A stretch of DNA of 32,000 nt from Wigglesworthia glossinidia endosymbiont of Glossina morsitans morsitans (Yale colony) (GTDB taxonomy: Bacteria; Pseudomonadota; Gammaproteobacteria; Enterobacterales; Enterobacteriaceae), in assembly GCF_000247565.1 (NCBI RefSeq), contig NC_016893.1:390001-422000 (forward strand), written 5' to 3'. The notes beneath the pieces were generated by a model. It worked only from the letters and a program-made list of their open reading frames with translations, did not search any database and was not told where the DNA came from. Position numbers and translations under genes: made by a program. Positions 1 to 11,757 of the stretch are shown one piece after another (position 1 is the stretch's first letter; each line of letters starts with the position of its first letter).

Positions 1-1
1 T

Positions 2-490
2 GGTACTAAAATTGTTAATAATGTTCAAGAAGGTTTTTTGGGAATTACTCCAAAAATGCAACCGATTATAGAAAAACATAAAACACTCATATATTATAAT
101 CCAATAACAGCACTATATATGTCCTGTAAAAAAGTAGTGCATGTTATATGCATGATATTGAAAATGTTAGTAAAATTATGTATAGGTCAACTAAGCTTGA
201 ACAATTTAAGCGGACCTATTTCGATAGCAAAAGGAATGTCGGATTCTATTCATCATGGAATAGTATATTACATAATATTTTTATCACTTATTAGCATTAA
301 TTTAGGAGTTATCAATTTAATACCCGTTCCTGTTTTAGATGGAGGGCATATTTTATTTTTAATAATTGAAAAATGTTTACGCTCTCCAATACCTAAAAAA
401 GTACAAATAATTAGTTATCAAATTGGTTTTACTATCATAATAGTATTAATGACTGTAGCAATCTTAAATGATTTTTTTAAATTAAAATAA
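2..490 (+). CDS. rseP: RseP (YaeL) site-2 zinc metalloprotease, C-terminal fragment; the 5' end lies upstream of the window
   Basis: The frame of ORF 38..490 stays open back to base 2 (GTKIVNNVQEGF...), so the listed TTG is not a real start. The C-terminus carries LSGPISIAKG and the S2P motif NLIPVPVLDGGHILF. It lies directly upstream of bamA, as in E. coli. Confidence 0.9.
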   Translation, partial: GTKIVNNVQEGFLGITPKMQPIIEKHKTLIYYNPITALYMSCKKVVHVICMILKMLVKLCIGQLSLNNLSGPISIAKGMSDSIHHGIVYYIIFLSLISINLGVINLIPVPVLDGGHILFLIIEKCLRSPIPKKVQIISYQIGFTIIIVLMTVAILNDFFKLK

Positions 491-520
491 AAATATTATT
501 AATTTGTTAAAAAAATTAAT

Positions 521-2938
521 ATGTATATAAAATATTCTTATTTAATAATTTTAATATGCATCAAATTTTCTTTTGCTATTTCTCAGAACGAAAATCAGTT
601 TGTAGTAAAAAAAATTGTTTTTCAAGGATTAGATAAAGTTCTCGAAGAACATATGTTAATAAATTTGCCAATACAAGTCGGACAAATAGCAACATCAGAA
701 AAAATATCAGAAATAATACGAAGTTTATTTAAAACTAATTTCTTTAAAAATATTAAAATATTAAAAAATAATAATACTTTAATTATACAAGTTGAAGAAT
801 GTGCAATTATTAAAGATATTATTTTTTCAGGAAATTTCACTTTAAAAAAAAGTATATTAAAATCTTTATTACAAGATAAAAATATCCAGATCGAAGCTCC
901 TCTATATCCTGCATCTATATTTCAAATAAAAAAAGCTTTAAAGAATTTTTATGTATTTTTAGGAAAAGAAAATACTAAAATTCACATCAATACATATTTT
1001 TTGCCAAAAAATTTGGTTACATTAAATATTAACATTCTTGAAAGTAAAAATGTTTTTATAAAAAAAATTGACATAATCGGCAATAAAAAATTTAAAAAAA
1101 AACAACTAATAAAAAAAATTGAATTATGTGAAAACAATTTTATTTCAAATTTATTTGAAACATGTATTTACAAAAAAAATCAAATTCTTCAAGCTCAAAA
1201 AGATTTACACCATTTTTACTTAAGTCGAGGATATATTGATTTTAATGTTCGATCTATAGAAACTAATATTACTGAAGACTATAAATTCGCTGATATCACT
1301 TTTAATATCTATGAAGGTGATATCTTTAAAATTTCTAAAATATTTTTTTTAGAAAATATAATTAAAACTTCAAAAGAAGTTAATATGTTTGCACAATCTA
1401 TTATTAATAAAACGTATAATGAAAACAGTATTATTAAATTAAAAAATATAATTAAAAATTTTTTAGAAATACACGGTTATAACAATCCAAAAATCTTTTT
1501 AGAAATACAAAAAAATTATTCTGACTTGACTGCTCAAATTTTTGTACATATAGATCTTGGAAAGCGTTTATATGTACATCGTATTTATTTTACTGGGTAT
1601 GAATCAACACGAGAAATTGTATTTAGAAGAGAATTAACACAATTGGAAGGCGATTTATTAAAGATTTCTAACGTTAAACAAGATATCAAAAAAATCAATA
1701 ATCTTAAGTATGCAGAAGTAACAGATATTAAAATTGAAGATAATATAAATATTCCTAATCATGTTAACATTTATTATCATATAAAAGAACATGCAATTGG
1801 AAAAATAGATTTTGGCATAGGTTTTGGAATACGCAATGGAATACAATTTCATTTAGGAATACAAAAAGATAATTTATTTGATAACGGAAGTTTTTTACAA
1901 ATGTATAGCGAAAAAAATCCTTATCAAACATATTTAGAATTATTTCTTTTGAGTCCATACCTCAAAACAAATGGATTATATTTAAAAAGCAAAATTTTTT
2001 TTAAAAATACTAATAGGTATAAAAAATATGCTGCGAAAATTAATTTACATAGTTATGGCGCAAATTTTTTTATTTCATTACCAGAGTATAAAAATAGATT
2101 ATTAGACTTCGGATTAGAATATATCCATAATTACACTTTACAAACAAAGTCAATAATAAATACTTGGAATAATTTACATAACGCCATACAATATGAATAT
2201 TTGAATTCAAACAAAAATCAAGAAATTTATTCAACAAAAAATGATATTTTTTTCATAACTCATTGGAACTATAGTACTGTAAATACAGATTATTTTCCAA
2301 CTTCAGGAATAAATAACAAAATTAACTGGAAGATCACACTTCCATGGTCTAACAATAAATATTATCAAATTTTTTTAAATTCTAAGTATTTTATTTCAGT
2401 ATCTAATAATCATCGTATAGCATGGATGATAGGTACATATTTAGGTTATACAAATGGGCTAAAAAATAAACAAGTGCCGTTTTACGATAAGTTTTACACA
2501 GGAGGATTTGAAACTATTAGAGGATTTTATCATAATACTGTAGGTCCGAAACTTGTTAATTATAATTGCAATTCGGAATTACAATGTTTCAACAATTCAG
2601 ATATGAATTTTAATATTCTTGGAGGCAATGCTGTTGCAATTACCAATATAGAATTAATTTTTCCTATAAGTTTTTTAACAAAAAAATATTATGATGTCAT
2701 GCGAATTTCTTTTTTTTTAGATAGCGGAACTACATGGGAAACGGATAACAAAAATACTATTTTTACGAAAGATAATATTAATTATCATATATCGAATAAA
2801 ATTCGTATATCTAGTGGAATTTTTTTAAAATGGCTTTCTCCATTTGGTCCGGTTTCCTTATCTTATGCCATTCCAATTCAAAAACATACTCATGATCATA
2901 TCGAATCTATTCAATTTAATATTGGAAAATTGTGGTAA
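521..2938 (+). CDS. bamA: Outer membrane protein assembly factor BamA (YaeT/Omp85)
   Basis: 805 aa, versus about 810 in E. coli. It has an N-terminal signal-like hydrophobic segment, a POTRA-like N-terminal half, a YTGGFETIRGF motif, and the C-terminal barrel signature ending QFNIGKLW. Position between rseP and skp is conserved. Confidence 0.93.
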   Translation: MYIKYSYLIILICIKFSFAISQNENQFVVKKIVFQGLDKVLEEHMLINLPIQVGQIATSEKISEIIRSLFKTNFFKNIKILKNNNTLIIQVEECAIIKDIIFSGNFTLKKSILKSLLQDKNIQIEAPLYPASIFQIKKALKNFYVFLGKENTKIHINTYFLPKNLVTLNINILESKNVFIKKIDIIGNKKFKKKQLIKKIELCENNFISNLFETCIYKKNQILQAQKDLHHFYLSRGYIDFNVRSIETNITEDYKFADITFNIYEGDIFKISKIFFLENIIKTSKEVNMFAQSIINKTYNENSIIKLKNIIKNFLEIHGYNNPKIFLEIQKNYSDLTAQIFVHIDLGKRLYVHRIYFTGYESTREIVFRRELTQLEGDLLKISNVKQDIKKINNLKYAEVTDIKIEDNINIPNHVNIYYHIKEHAIGKIDFGIGFGIRNGIQFHLGIQKDNLFDNGSFLQMYSEKNPYQTYLELFLLSPYLKTNGLYLKSKIFFKNTNRYKKYAAKINLHSYGANFFISLPEYKNRLLDFGLEYIHNYTLQTKSIINTWNNLHNAIQYEYLNSNKNQEIYSTKNDIFFITHWNYSTVNTDYFPTSGINNKINWKITLPWSNNKYYQIFLNSKYFISVSNNHRIAWMIGTYLGYTNGLKNKQVPFYDKFYTGGFETIRGFYHNTVGPKLVNYNCNSELQCFNNSDMNFNILGGNAVAITNIELIFPISFLTKKYYDVMRISFFLDSGTTWETDNKNTIFTKDNINYHISNKIRISSGIFLKWLSPFGPVSLSYAIPIQKHTHDHIESIQFNIGKLW

Positions 2939-3008
2939 AAATTAATTAATATTTTACTATATTTGATATTTAAGAAAATTTCATGAAAAATTTAAGGAAT
3001 ATTTATCA

Positions 3009-3512
3009 GTGAATACACGATTTTTAATATTTATTTTTATTTTTATTTCTACTTTTATTCATAAAGTATACGGATTTGAAAAAATTGCAATTATTAATTT
3101 AGTTAACATTTTTCAAAAATCTCCGCAACAAGCATTAGCTGCCAAAAAGCTAGAAATTGAATTTCAAGACCGCGCTACAGAACTTGATTTAATCCAACGG
3201 GATTTAAATGCAAAAATTGAAATTTTGAAAAGAAATTCAAAAAATATGGATACTAATGCGCGTAATGCATTAGAAGAAGCATTAACTGCACAACGTGAAA
3301 ATTTCTCTAATAAAGCTAAATCTTTTGATCACGATCAAATGCAAAGACAGCACGAAGAACAAAATAAAATTATTATGCAAATTAAAAATATTGTACAACA
3401 AATTGCACTTGAAAAAGGTTATCAATTAGTTATTGATTCTAATGCAATAATTTATTTTAATAATATTCAAGATATTACTGAAGATGTTTTAAAAAAAATG
3501 GATCAAAAATAA
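3009..3512 (+). CDS. skp: Periplasmic chaperone Skp (HlpA/OmpH)
   Basis: 167 aa with a signal peptide. EKIAIINLVNIFQ, EFQDRATELDLIQRDLNAK and DITEDVLKKM parallel E. coli Skp. GTG start preceded by AAGGAA. Located between bamA and lpxD. Confidence 0.9.
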   Translation: MNTRFLIFIFIFISTFIHKVYGFEKIAIINLVNIFQKSPQQALAAKKLEIEFQDRATELDLIQRDLNAKIEILKRNSKNMDTNARNALEEALTAQRENFSNKAKSFDHDQMQRQHEEQNKIIMQIKNIVQQIALEKGYQLVIDSNAIIYFNNIQDITEDVLKKMDQK

Positions 3513-4543
3513 TGCTTTCAATTAGTCTTTCTGAATTATCAAAGAAAATATGCGCAAAATTATATGGAGATGACAATGTTATTATACATGGAATATCTTC
3601 CATAGAAAATGCTAAATCCGGACAAGTTACATTTTTATCTAATAGTCGATTTAGAAACAAATTATCTTTATGTAAAGCTTCAGCAATTATTATTTCTAAA
3701 CAAGATTTACCGTTCTGCAAACAAAATGCATTAGTAGCAAAAAATCCCTATCTTGCTTATGCAAAAACAGCTCAAATTATGAATACTGTACCAAAACAAA
3801 ATTACGGAATTAGTAAAAATTCTATTATTTCTAAAGATGTATTATATGGTAAAAATATTAGTATCGGACATAATTCAGTAATTGAATCTGGAGTAAAGTT
3901 AGGAGATAATGTCACTATTGGATCAGGATGTTTTATTGGTCAACAATCATCTATTGGATCTTATACACGTCTATGGGATAATACTACTATATATTATCGC
4001 ACTGTAATTGGAAAACATTGCATATTGCATGCTGGTAGCATAATAGGAGCAGATGGTTTTGGATATGTGAATGATCACGGAATTTGGGTTAAAATACCGC
4101 ATTTAGGCAGAGTTGTACTTGGTAATAATATTGAAATTGGTTCATTAACAACAATAGATCGAGGATCTTTAGATGATACATATATCGGAAATGGAGTAAT
4201 TATTGATAATCAATGTCAAATTGCACATAATGTAAATATTGGAGATCATACAGCAATTGCTGGAGGAGTAATTATGGCAGGCAGCGTTAGTATTGGTCGT
4301 AATTGTATGATTGGAGGAGCTAGCGTGATTAACGGACATATTAAGATTTGCGATCAAGTTGTAATTACAGGTATGTCGATGGTAATGCGTTCCATTAATT
4401 CTCCTGGTATATATTCTTCAGGCATTCCAGCACAACCAAATAAAAAATGGCGACAAAATACTGCATTAATAATGCATGTTAATAAGATTAAGAAAAAAAT
4501 ACAAAAATTAAAAAAACAAATTTCAGAAATTAATTTATTATAA
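3512..4543 (+). CDS. lpxD: UDP-3-O-(3-hydroxymyristoyl)glucosamine N-acyltransferase LpxD
   Basis: 343 aa. Left-handed beta-helix hexapeptide repeats. GADGFGY, WVKIPHLGRVVLG, IDNQCQIAHNVNIGDHTAIAGGVIMAGS and YSSGIPAQPNKKWR are nearly colinear with E. coli LpxD. The ATG overlaps the skp stop (TAATG). Confidence 0.95.
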   Translation: MLSISLSELSKKICAKLYGDDNVIIHGISSIENAKSGQVTFLSNSRFRNKLSLCKASAIIISKQDLPFCKQNALVAKNPYLAYAKTAQIMNTVPKQNYGISKNSIISKDVLYGKNISIGHNSVIESGVKLGDNVTIGSGCFIGQQSSIGSYTRLWDNTTIYYRTVIGKHCILHAGSIIGADGFGYVNDHGIWVKIPHLGRVVLGNNIEIGSLTTIDRGSLDDTYIGNGVIIDNQCQIAHNVNIGDHTAIAGGVIMAGSVSIGRNCMIGGASVINGHIKICDQVVITGMSMVMRSINSPGIYSSGIPAQPNKKWRQNTALIMHVNKIKKKIQKLKKQISEINLL

Positions 4544-4652
4544 AATAAATTAACAATTTTATTTTTTATTTTATTTAAATAGCAAATTATTTGTGCTTTT
4601 TAGTTTTAGCATTATGTTACATTAATACAACGCTTTAAACAGGAAAAGTGTT

Positions 4653-5120
4653 TTGACTACTAACAATAATACTCTGAATATCGAAGAGATATTAGAATTT
4701 TTACCTCATCGTTTTCCATTTTTACTTGTTGATCGTGTTTTAGATTTTGAAAAAGGAAAATTTTTACGTGCAATTAAAAATGTCTCTTTTAATGAACCAT
4801 TTTTTCAAGGACATTTTCCAGGTAATCCAATTTTTCCAGGTGTACTTATTCTTGAAGCGATGGCACAAGCAACTGGAATTTTAGCATTTAAAAGTTCAGG
4901 AAAATTATCTCCTGGAGAATTATATTATTTCGCTGCTGTTGATCAAGCACGATTTAAGAAACCTGTTCAACCAGGAGATCAAATGATTTTACAAGTAACT
5001 TTTATTAAAGAGCGTCGAGGTGTAGCAAGATTTAATGGAGTTGCAAAAGTAGATAGTCACATAATTTGTGAAGCGTCGATGATGTGCGCTCGTAGACGGG
5101 GATTAAATGTTCGTGATTAA
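4653..5120 (+). CDS. fabZ: 3-hydroxyacyl-ACP dehydratase FabZ
   Basis: 155 aa. [17 protein letters not shown] and [33 protein letters not shown] are almost identical to E. coli FabZ. TTG start with AGGAAAAG upstream. Confidence 0.95.
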   Translation: MTTNNNTLNIEEILEFLPHRFPFLLVDRVLDFEKGKFLRAIKNVSFNEPFFQGHFPGNPIFPGVLILEAMAQATGILAFKSSGKLSPGELYYFAAVDQARFKKPVQPGDQMILQVTFIKERRGVARFNGVAKVDSHIICEASMMCARRRGLNVRD

Positions 5121-5901
5121 TCAATCTGCTTTCGTGCATCCTAGCGCTATTATTAACGAAAATGCTATTATTCATGCAAACGTTTGCATTGGACCATTTT
5201 GTTTTATTGATGCACAAGTTGAAATTGGTGCACGCACCATATTAAAATCACATGTAATTATTAACGGTTTAACACATTTAGGAGAAGATAATTCTATTTA
5301 TCAATTTTCATCTATCGGAGAAGTAAATCAAGATCTCAAATATTCCGGAGAAAAAACTCGTGTTTGTATTGGAGATAGAAATATTATTCGAGAAAATTCT
5401 ACAATTCATCGTGGTACAATACAAGGACATAGTATAACAAAAATTGGTAATGATAATTTATTCATGGTCAATGTACATATAGCACATGATTGTATAATAG
5501 GTAATAATTGCATTTTAGCGAATAATGTAACCCTAGGAGGTCATGTAAAAATTGAAGACTATGTCATTATAGGAGGAATGACCGCCATACATCAAAATTG
5601 CATAATTGGACCACATGTAATGATTGGTGGATGCTCTGGAGTATCTCAAGACATACCTCCTTTCATTCTTGCGCAGGGAAATCATGCTAAGCCTTTTGGA
5701 ATCAATATAGAAGGCTTAAAACGTCGAGGTTTTGATAAAAAAACAAGAATTGCTATTCGAAATGCTTATAAAATTATTTATCGTAGAGGAAATACCCTAG
5801 AAAATATTAAATATGAGCTTAAAAAACTCGCTAAATCACATAAAATTATTTATTTATTTTTAGATTTTTTTACACAATCCAAACGAGGAATTATTAGATA
5901 A
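5107..5901 (+). CDS. lpxA: Acyl-ACP:UDP-GlcNAc O-acyltransferase LpxA
   Basis: 264 aa. [35 protein letters not shown] and [13 protein letters not shown] match E. coli LpxA. The ATG at 5107 overlaps the fabZ end by 14 nt. A GTG at 5113 would align exactly with the E. coli N-terminus and is an alternative start. Confidence 0.94.
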   Translation: MFVINQSAFVHPSAIINENAIIHANVCIGPFCFIDAQVEIGARTILKSHVIINGLTHLGEDNSIYQFSSIGEVNQDLKYSGEKTRVCIGDRNIIRENSTIHRGTIQGHSITKIGNDNLFMVNVHIAHDCIIGNNCILANNVTLGGHVKIEDYVIIGGMTAIHQNCIIGPHVMIGGCSGVSQDIPPFILAQGNHAKPFGINIEGLKRRGFDKKTRIAIRNAYKIIYRRGNTLENIKYELKKLAKSHKIIYLFLDFFTQSKRGIIR

Positions 5902-5907
5902 TTGAAT

Positions 5908-7056
5908 ATGCAATATATTTCAATCGGCATAGTAGTCGGAGAAATTTCTGGAGATTTAATTGGCGCAAGTTTAATAAAAACTTTAAATAGTTTAATGCCA
6001 AACATTAAATTTTTTGGAATGACAGGACCAGAGATGCTAAAGGAAAAAAATGTTGAATCTTGGTATTCAATAGATGAATTGTCAATCATAGGAATTACTG
6101 AAGTTTTATGGAAAATTCCTAAAATTATTAAAATTAGAAAAATTTTAATTAAAAAATTTATTTTTTTAAAACCTGATTTATTTATTGGTATTGATGCTCC
6201 AGAATTTAATCTTGATTTAGAATTAGCATTAAAAAAAAAAGGCATAAAAACTATGCATTATATCGGGCCATCTATATGGGCTTGGAGAAAAAATAGAATA
6301 TTCAAAATTAAAAAAGCTATCGATAAAATCTTAGTTATATTACCTTTTGAAAAAAAAATATATGATTATTTTCATATACCATGTAAATTTATTGGACATC
6401 CATTAGCAGATAAAATACCTATTCATCCAAATAAATCTAAAATACGTTCTATTCTAGGTATTCAAAAAAAAACACCTTGCTTAGCTTTACTTCCAGGAAG
6501 TCGTATCGCTGAAATTAATCTATTAAGTGAACGTTTTTTAAATGCTGCAAAAATTATAAAATATCATTTTCCAGAACTTAAAATTTTAGTTCCAATGGCA
6601 AATTTCTTTTTAAGAAAAAGATTTACATATATTCAATCTCGAGTTGCACCTGAACTACCAATAAAGATTTTAAACAAAAGTTCTTATAAAATTTTAGCAT
6701 GTTCAGATGCTGCAATTGTTGCTTCTGGAACAGCTACATTAGAGTGCATGTTAGCAAAGTGTCCCATGGTTGTTGGATATTATATGACAACATTTAATTT
6801 TATTTTGTTAAAAATTTTAGTGTATACTAAATGGATATCACTACCTAATCTAATTGCAAAAAAATCCATTGTATCAGAAAAAATACAGCAAGAATGTTGT
6901 CCAGAAATTTTAGCAAAAGAAATTTTATCTTTTTTCAATGATCCACAAAAAACAAAAAAAATAAAAAATATATTTTATAATTTACATAACAAAATACGCT
7001 GTAATGCAGATTATAAAGCTGCCCGTTCTGCTTTATCTCTATTAAAGATAACGTGA
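5908..7056 (+). CDS. lpxB: Lipid-A-disaccharide synthase LpxB
   Basis: GEISGDLIGASLI, GIDAPEFNL, YIGPSIWAWRKNRIFKI, LLPGSR, ASGTATLECMLAKCPMVVGY and IRCNAD match E. coli LpxB. The ORF opens at TTG 5902, immediately after the lpxA stop; ATG 5908 is chosen here and 5902 remains possible. TGA stop. Confidence 0.93.
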   Translation: MQYISIGIVVGEISGDLIGASLIKTLNSLMPNIKFFGMTGPEMLKEKNVESWYSIDELSIIGITEVLWKIPKIIKIRKILIKKFIFLKPDLFIGIDAPEFNLDLELALKKKGIKTMHYIGPSIWAWRKNRIFKIKKAIDKILVILPFEKKIYDYFHIPCKFIGHPLADKIPIHPNKSKIRSILGIQKKTPCLALLPGSRIAEINLLSERFLNAAKIIKYHFPELKILVPMANFFLRKRFTYIQSRVAPELPIKILNKSSYKILACSDAAIVASGTATLECMLAKCPMVVGYYMTTFNFILLKILVYTKWISLPNLIAKKSIVSEKIQQECCPEILAKEILSFFNDPQKTKKIKNIFYNLHNKIRCNADYKAARSALSLLKIT

Positions 7057-7094
7057 AATAAAATCAAAATGTTGTACTTAAAGGAAATATAAAC

Positions 7095-10000
7095 ATGTCC
7101 GAACCATGCTTTGTGCATTTAAAAATACATAGCGATTATTCTATTATAGACGGTTTATCTAAAATAGAAGATATTTTAAGCCAAGCTAAAAAACTTAATA
7201 TGCCCGCTATAGCTATTACAGATTTTACTAATATATATGGATTTATTAAATTTTATACTACTGCACATAAATTAGGAATTAAGGCAATTGTTGGTGCAGA
7301 TTTTTTATTAAAACATGTTGTATATTTAAAAGAAGAAATTTCTGAAATTACTATTCTTGCAGCTAATAACATTGGGTATCATAATTTAATTATGCTTATT
7401 TCTAAAGCTTACCGATATGGATATACAGATGTAGGTCCAACAATTAATCGTAATTGGTTAGTGCAATATAGTTCAGGATTAATTATTTTGTCTGGATCGA
7501 TGTTTGGTGAATTAGGCAAATATCTGGAAAAAAACGAACAAGATAATATTATAAATTGCATCAATTTTTATAAAAAATATTTTTACAACCGATTTTATTT
7601 AGAATTAATACGCGTTGGATATAGAAATGAAGAAAACTACATTCAATCAGCATTAAAAATATCGTTAAAATATCATATTCCTGTCGTAGCAACGAATAAA
7701 GTCTGTTTTATTCATCCTAAAAATTTTCAATCACACATGGTAAAAATGGCAATTTATAAAAACACTACATTAAAAAATTTAAAAATTACACAATATACTA
7801 CTAATCAGTATATGCGTAGTTCAGAAGATATGTGTATTTTGTTTTCTGATATACCAGAAGCGTTAAAAAATAGTGTAGAAATTTCAAAACGGTGCAACGT
7901 AACTGTAAATTTAAAAAAAAATCACCTACCAAAAATTTTTACGAAAAATTTTTCTTCAGAAGAGTATTTAAAAAAATGTGTAAAATTAGGTTTAGAAGAA
8001 AGATTGAAAATAAAATTTCCATCTGAACTAAAAAAAAATATTCATAGAAAAAAATATGATATCCGCATAAAACATGAACTTAATATAATTAATAAAATGC
8101 AATTTTCTAGTTATTTTTTGATTGTTATGAAATTTATAAAATGGGCGAAAGAAAATCGTATTCCAGTTGGTCCAGGTAGAGGATCTGGTGCAGGATCTTT
8201 AGTAGCATACGCATTAAACATTACCGATATTGACCCATTGAAATTTGGATTGATCTTTGAAAGATTTTTAAATCCGGAAAGAATTTCTATGCCCGATCTA
8301 GATATAGATTTTTGTATGGAAAAAAGAGATCTAGTAATTGATTATGTTATTCAAGTATATGGAGAAAAATCTGTTGCACAAATTATTACTTTTGGAACTA
8401 TGACAGCAAGATCTGTAATTCGAGACGTCGGCAGAGTGTTAGGATACCCATATGCATTTGTAGATAGAATTTCAAAATTAATTCCATTAGATTTTGGAAT
8501 AACTTTACAAAAATCTTTAATAACTGTAAAACAATTACAGCAACTATATAATAGTGACGAAGAAGTAAAAACAATTATTAATATGGCAAAAAATCTCGAA
8601 GGTTCTATAAAAAATGTTGGAAAACATGCTGGAGGAATAGTAATTGCGCCAAATAAAATTACTAACTTTACTCCAATATATTATGATTTTAAAAATCATA
8701 CTCAACTTACTCAATTTGATAAAGATGATATCGAAAAAGTAGGATTAGTAAAATTTGATTTTTTAGGTTTACGTACACTTACTGTAATTGATTGGACTGT
8801 AAAAATAATCAACAGAAAAAAATCAGCAAAAAATCTGGATTTAATAAATATTGTTGATATTGATTTAAATGATACAAAAAGTTTTAATACATTAAAAAAA
8901 GCGCAGACTACTGCTATCTTCCAATTAGAATCTAAAGGCATTAGAGAATTGATTAAAAGATTACAACCAGATTGTTTTGAAGATATTATTGCTTTAGTTG
9001 CATTATTTCGTCCGGGCCCATTAAAATCAGGAATGGTAGAAAATTTTATTAATAGAAAACATGGTCGTGAAAAAATTGCTTATCCTGACCCAATATGGCA
9101 ACATAAATTGTTAGAACCAATTTTACAATCAACTTATGGCATTATTTTATATCAAGAGCAAGTAATGAATATTGCTCAAATTTTAGCAGGATATTCTTTA
9201 GGAGAAGCAGATATTCTAAGAAGAGCAATGGGCAAAAAAAAACAGCAAGAAATGTCAGAACAACGTGCAAGATTTAAATCTGGTGCTTTAAAAAAAGGAA
9301 TTAATGAAATTTTTTCAATGAAAATATTTGATTTATTAGAAAAATTTTCCGGATACGGCTTTAACAAATCTCATTCAACAGCATACGCTTTACTTTCTTA
9401 TCAAACATTGTGGTTAAAAACACATTATCCGTCTGAATTTATGGCAGCAGCTATGAGTGCCGATATAGATAATACTGAAAAAATTATTATTTTATCAGAA
9501 GAATGCAAAAATTTAGGCATTAAAATTCTTTCTCCAAATATCAACATTGGTAATTATTATTTTCGTTCAGAAAATAATACAATTATATATGGATTAGGTG
9601 CAATTAAAGGTGTCGGAGTTTCTTCGGTACAAGATATTATAAAACAATTAAAAAAAGATGGAAATTTTAAAAATATATTTGATTTATGTGCACGTACAGA
9701 TTCTAAAAAATTAAGTCAAAGAGTTATAGAAAAATTAATTTATTCGGGAGCCTTGGATACGTTACAAAAAAATCGTTTCAATAGCATACAAGAGTTGCCA
9801 AATGCTATAAAATATGCGCGTCAAAAAACAACAAATGTTCTTTATAAACAAACAGACATGTTTCATAAAATTTTAAATTCATTTCAAATGAAAAAAAATA
9901 TTACTCGTAATGAACCAAAAAATTTTTTGTTTGATCATTTTCATTTTTTAGAAGAAGAAAAAAATGCTTTAGGATTTTATTTAAGTGCACATCCGATTCA

Positions 10001-10577
10001 AAAGTATTTAAAAGAGCTTCTTCATTATTCAAACGGAAAATTTTTGAAAGATATTAAATCTAGTTTAAAAGGACAAAATAGAACAGTGTTTGGTATTATA
10101 TCTTCAATTAAAATGATACGCGATAAATCTGGAAATTATTTTCAATCATTAATTTTAGATGATTCTTCAAAAAAATTAGAAATAATATTAAATTCTGAAT
10201 TATCTAATAAATATAAAAATATTATTAAAAAAAATAAAATTATTCTTTTAAATGGAAAAATTTTATTTCAAAAAAATTATTTGAGAATTTTTTGCAAAAA
10301 ATTAATGAGTATAGATGAAGCTCGAAAAAAATATGTAAAAAAAATCAACTTATTTTTATCATATCATAAAGATTTAAATAATTTATCAGAAAATATACGT
10401 ACACTTTTAAATAAAGAAAAAACAGGAAATATATTAATTGAATTTTTTACTAAAAATAAGAATAATATAATTAAATTATATGATACAGAAAAATTTTATA
10501 TAGAACCTACAGAAAAAACGATTAAAAATATATATTTAATACAACATATTAGAAAAGTTCATTTTGAATTTTATTAA
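7095..10577 (+). CDS. dnaE: DNA polymerase III alpha subunit DnaE
   Basis: 1160 aa, the length I recall for E. coli. PHP-domain N-terminus [15 protein letters not shown]; [37 protein letters not shown] and YQEQVM motifs. AAGGAA lies 9 nt upstream of the ATG. Confidence 0.97.
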   Translation: MSEPCFVHLKIHSDYSIIDGLSKIEDILSQAKKLNMPAIAITDFTNIYGFIKFYTTAHKLGIKAIVGADFLLKHVVYLKEEISEITILAANNIGYHNLIMLISKAYRYGYTDVGPTINRNWLVQYSSGLIILSGSMFGELGKYLEKNEQDNIINCINFYKKYFYNRFYLELIRVGYRNEENYIQSALKISLKYHIPVVATNKVCFIHPKNFQSHMVKMAIYKNTTLKNLKITQYTTNQYMRSSEDMCILFSDIPEALKNSVEISKRCNVTVNLKKNHLPKIFTKNFSSEEYLKKCVKLGLEERLKIKFPSELKKNIHRKKYDIRIKHELNIINKMQFSSYFLIVMKFIKWAKENRIPVGPGRGSGAGSLVAYALNITDIDPLKFGLIFERFLNPERISMPDLDIDFCMEKRDLVIDYVIQVYGEKSVAQIITFGTMTARSVIRDVGRVLGYPYAFVDRISKLIPLDFGITLQKSLITVKQLQQLYNSDEEVKTIINMAKNLEGSIKNVGKHAGGIVIAPNKITNFTPIYYDFKNHTQLTQFDKDDIEKVGLVKFDFLGLRTLTVIDWTVKIINRKKSAKNLDLINIVDIDLNDTKSFNTLKKAQTTAIFQLESKGIRELIKRLQPDCFEDIIALVALFRPGPLKSGMVENFINRKHGREKIAYPDPIWQHKLLEPILQSTYGIILYQEQVMNIAQILAGYSLGEADILRRAMGKKKQQEMSEQRARFKSGALKKGINEIFSMKIFDLLEKFSGYGFNKSHSTAYALLSYQTLWLKTHYPSEFMAAAMSADIDNTEKIIILSEECKNLGIKILSPNINIGNYYFRSENNTIIYGLGAIKGVGVSSVQDIIKQLKKDGNFKNIFDLCARTDSKKLSQRVIEKLIYSGALDTLQKNRFNSIQELPNAIKYARQKTTNVLYKQTDMFHKILNSFQMKKNITRNEPKNFLFDHFHFLEEEKNALGFYLSAHPIQKYLKELLHYSNGKFLKDIKSSLKGQNRTVFGIISSIKMIRDKSGNYFQSLILDDSSKKLEIILNSELSNKYKNIIKKNKIILLNGKILFQKNYLRIFCKKLMSIDEARKKYVKKINLFLSYHKDLNNLSENIRTLLNKEKTGNILIEFFTKNKNNIIKLYDTEKFYIEPTEKTIKNIYLIQHIRKVHFEFY

Positions 10578-10583
10578 GATATT

Positions 10584-11543
10584 ATGAATTTAAATTTTCT
10601 TGATTTTGAACAACCTATTGCGAATTTAGAAGCTAAAATTAATTCTTTAGTTGAATTAAGCAATCGAGATAAAACATTACATATTAATTTAGATAAAGAA
10701 ATTCTTTGTTTACGTAAAAAAAGCTCAGAACTGACAAAAAAAATTTTTTCTAACCTTGATGCATGGCAAATTACTCAATTAGCAAGACATCCCATGCGAC
10801 CATATACTCTAGATTATATAAAAAATATTTTTACAGATTTTGATGAATTTTCTGGTGATCGTTTATATGGTGATGACAAAGCAATTGTTGGAGGGATAGG
10901 TCGATTAAATTCAAGACCAGTTATGGTAATTGGTCATCAAAAAGGTAGGAATATAAAAGAAAAAATTTTTAGAAATTTTGGAATGCCTGCTCCAGAAGGT
11001 TATAGAAAAGCATTAAGACTAATGCAAATGGCAGAACAATTTAAACTGCCCGTAATTACATTTATTGATACTCCTGGCGCTTATCCCGGAATAGGTGCTG
11101 AAAAAAGAGGACAATCAGAAGCGATTGCAAAAAATTTAAGAGAAATGTCTACACTAGAAGTGCCTATAATTTGTACTGTTATAGGCGAAGGTGGTTCTGG
11201 AGGCGCTTTGGCAATTGGAGTGGGTGATAAAATTAATATGTTACAATATAGTATATATTCAGTAATTTCTCCAGAAGGATGTGCAGCAATTTTGTGGAAA
11301 AATGTAGAAAAAGCCCCGATCGCTGCAAAATCTATGGGAATTATTGCAAATCAATTAAAAAAATTAAATTTAATTGACACCGTTGTTCCTGAACCTTTAG
11401 GAGGAGCTCATCGAAATTTACAGACTGTTACTTCTAATTTAAAAGATAGATTAATCAAAGATCTCAAAATACTAGATAAAATGACAACTACTGATTTGTT
11501 AAGCAGTAGATATAAAAAATTGATGAATTATGGAAATATTTAA
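10584..11543 (+). CDS. accA: Acetyl-CoA carboxylase carboxyltransferase alpha subunit AccA
   Basis: 319 aa. [42 protein letters not shown] and [15 protein letters not shown] match E. coli AccA. Follows dnaE as in E. coli. Confidence 0.96.
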   Translation: MNLNFLDFEQPIANLEAKINSLVELSNRDKTLHINLDKEILCLRKKSSELTKKIFSNLDAWQITQLARHPMRPYTLDYIKNIFTDFDEFSGDRLYGDDKAIVGGIGRLNSRPVMVIGHQKGRNIKEKIFRNFGMPAPEGYRKALRLMQMAEQFKLPVITFIDTPGAYPGIGAEKRGQSEAIAKNLREMSTLEVPIICTVIGEGGSGGALAIGVGDKINMLQYSIYSVISPEGCAAILWKNVEKAPIAAKSMGIIANQLKKLNLIDTVVPEPLGGAHRNLQTVTSNLKDRLIKDLKILDKMTTTDLLSSRYKKLMNYGNI

Positions 11544-11757
11544 AATATGTACTAAACATCATAAATAAAAATATACAAAGTTTAATTTTATAAAAATATA
11601 AATTTAAAAAAAATAATATAATCTATATAAAATTTTAATATTTTAAATTTATAAAGTAAATAATTTATTTAAATGTAAAATGTATTATATAATAATCTAC
11701 ATTATTTATAATTTAATTTTTATAAGATTTCATACATAACAAATCTTCTTTATTAAA

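Noticed and set aside
38-40. TTG at 38 as the start of a 150-aa protein
   Set aside because: The frame is open to the window edge, and the product is the C-terminal part of RseP, so the gene starts upstream of the window.
5850-6245. 131-aa ORF on the minus strand spanning the lpxA/lpxB junction
   Set aside because: It is entirely antisense to two strongly conserved genes. Its sequence is low-complexity and rich in K, I, F and N, with no recognisable motif. Open antisense frames are common opposite codon-biased genes.
7054-7056. Possible UGA reassignment, as in some tiny symbiont genomes
   Set aside because: TGA terminates lpxB at the position where the E. coli protein ends. TAG terminates tsaB. 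No conserved protein in the window needs read-through of a stop codon. The standard code 11 fits.
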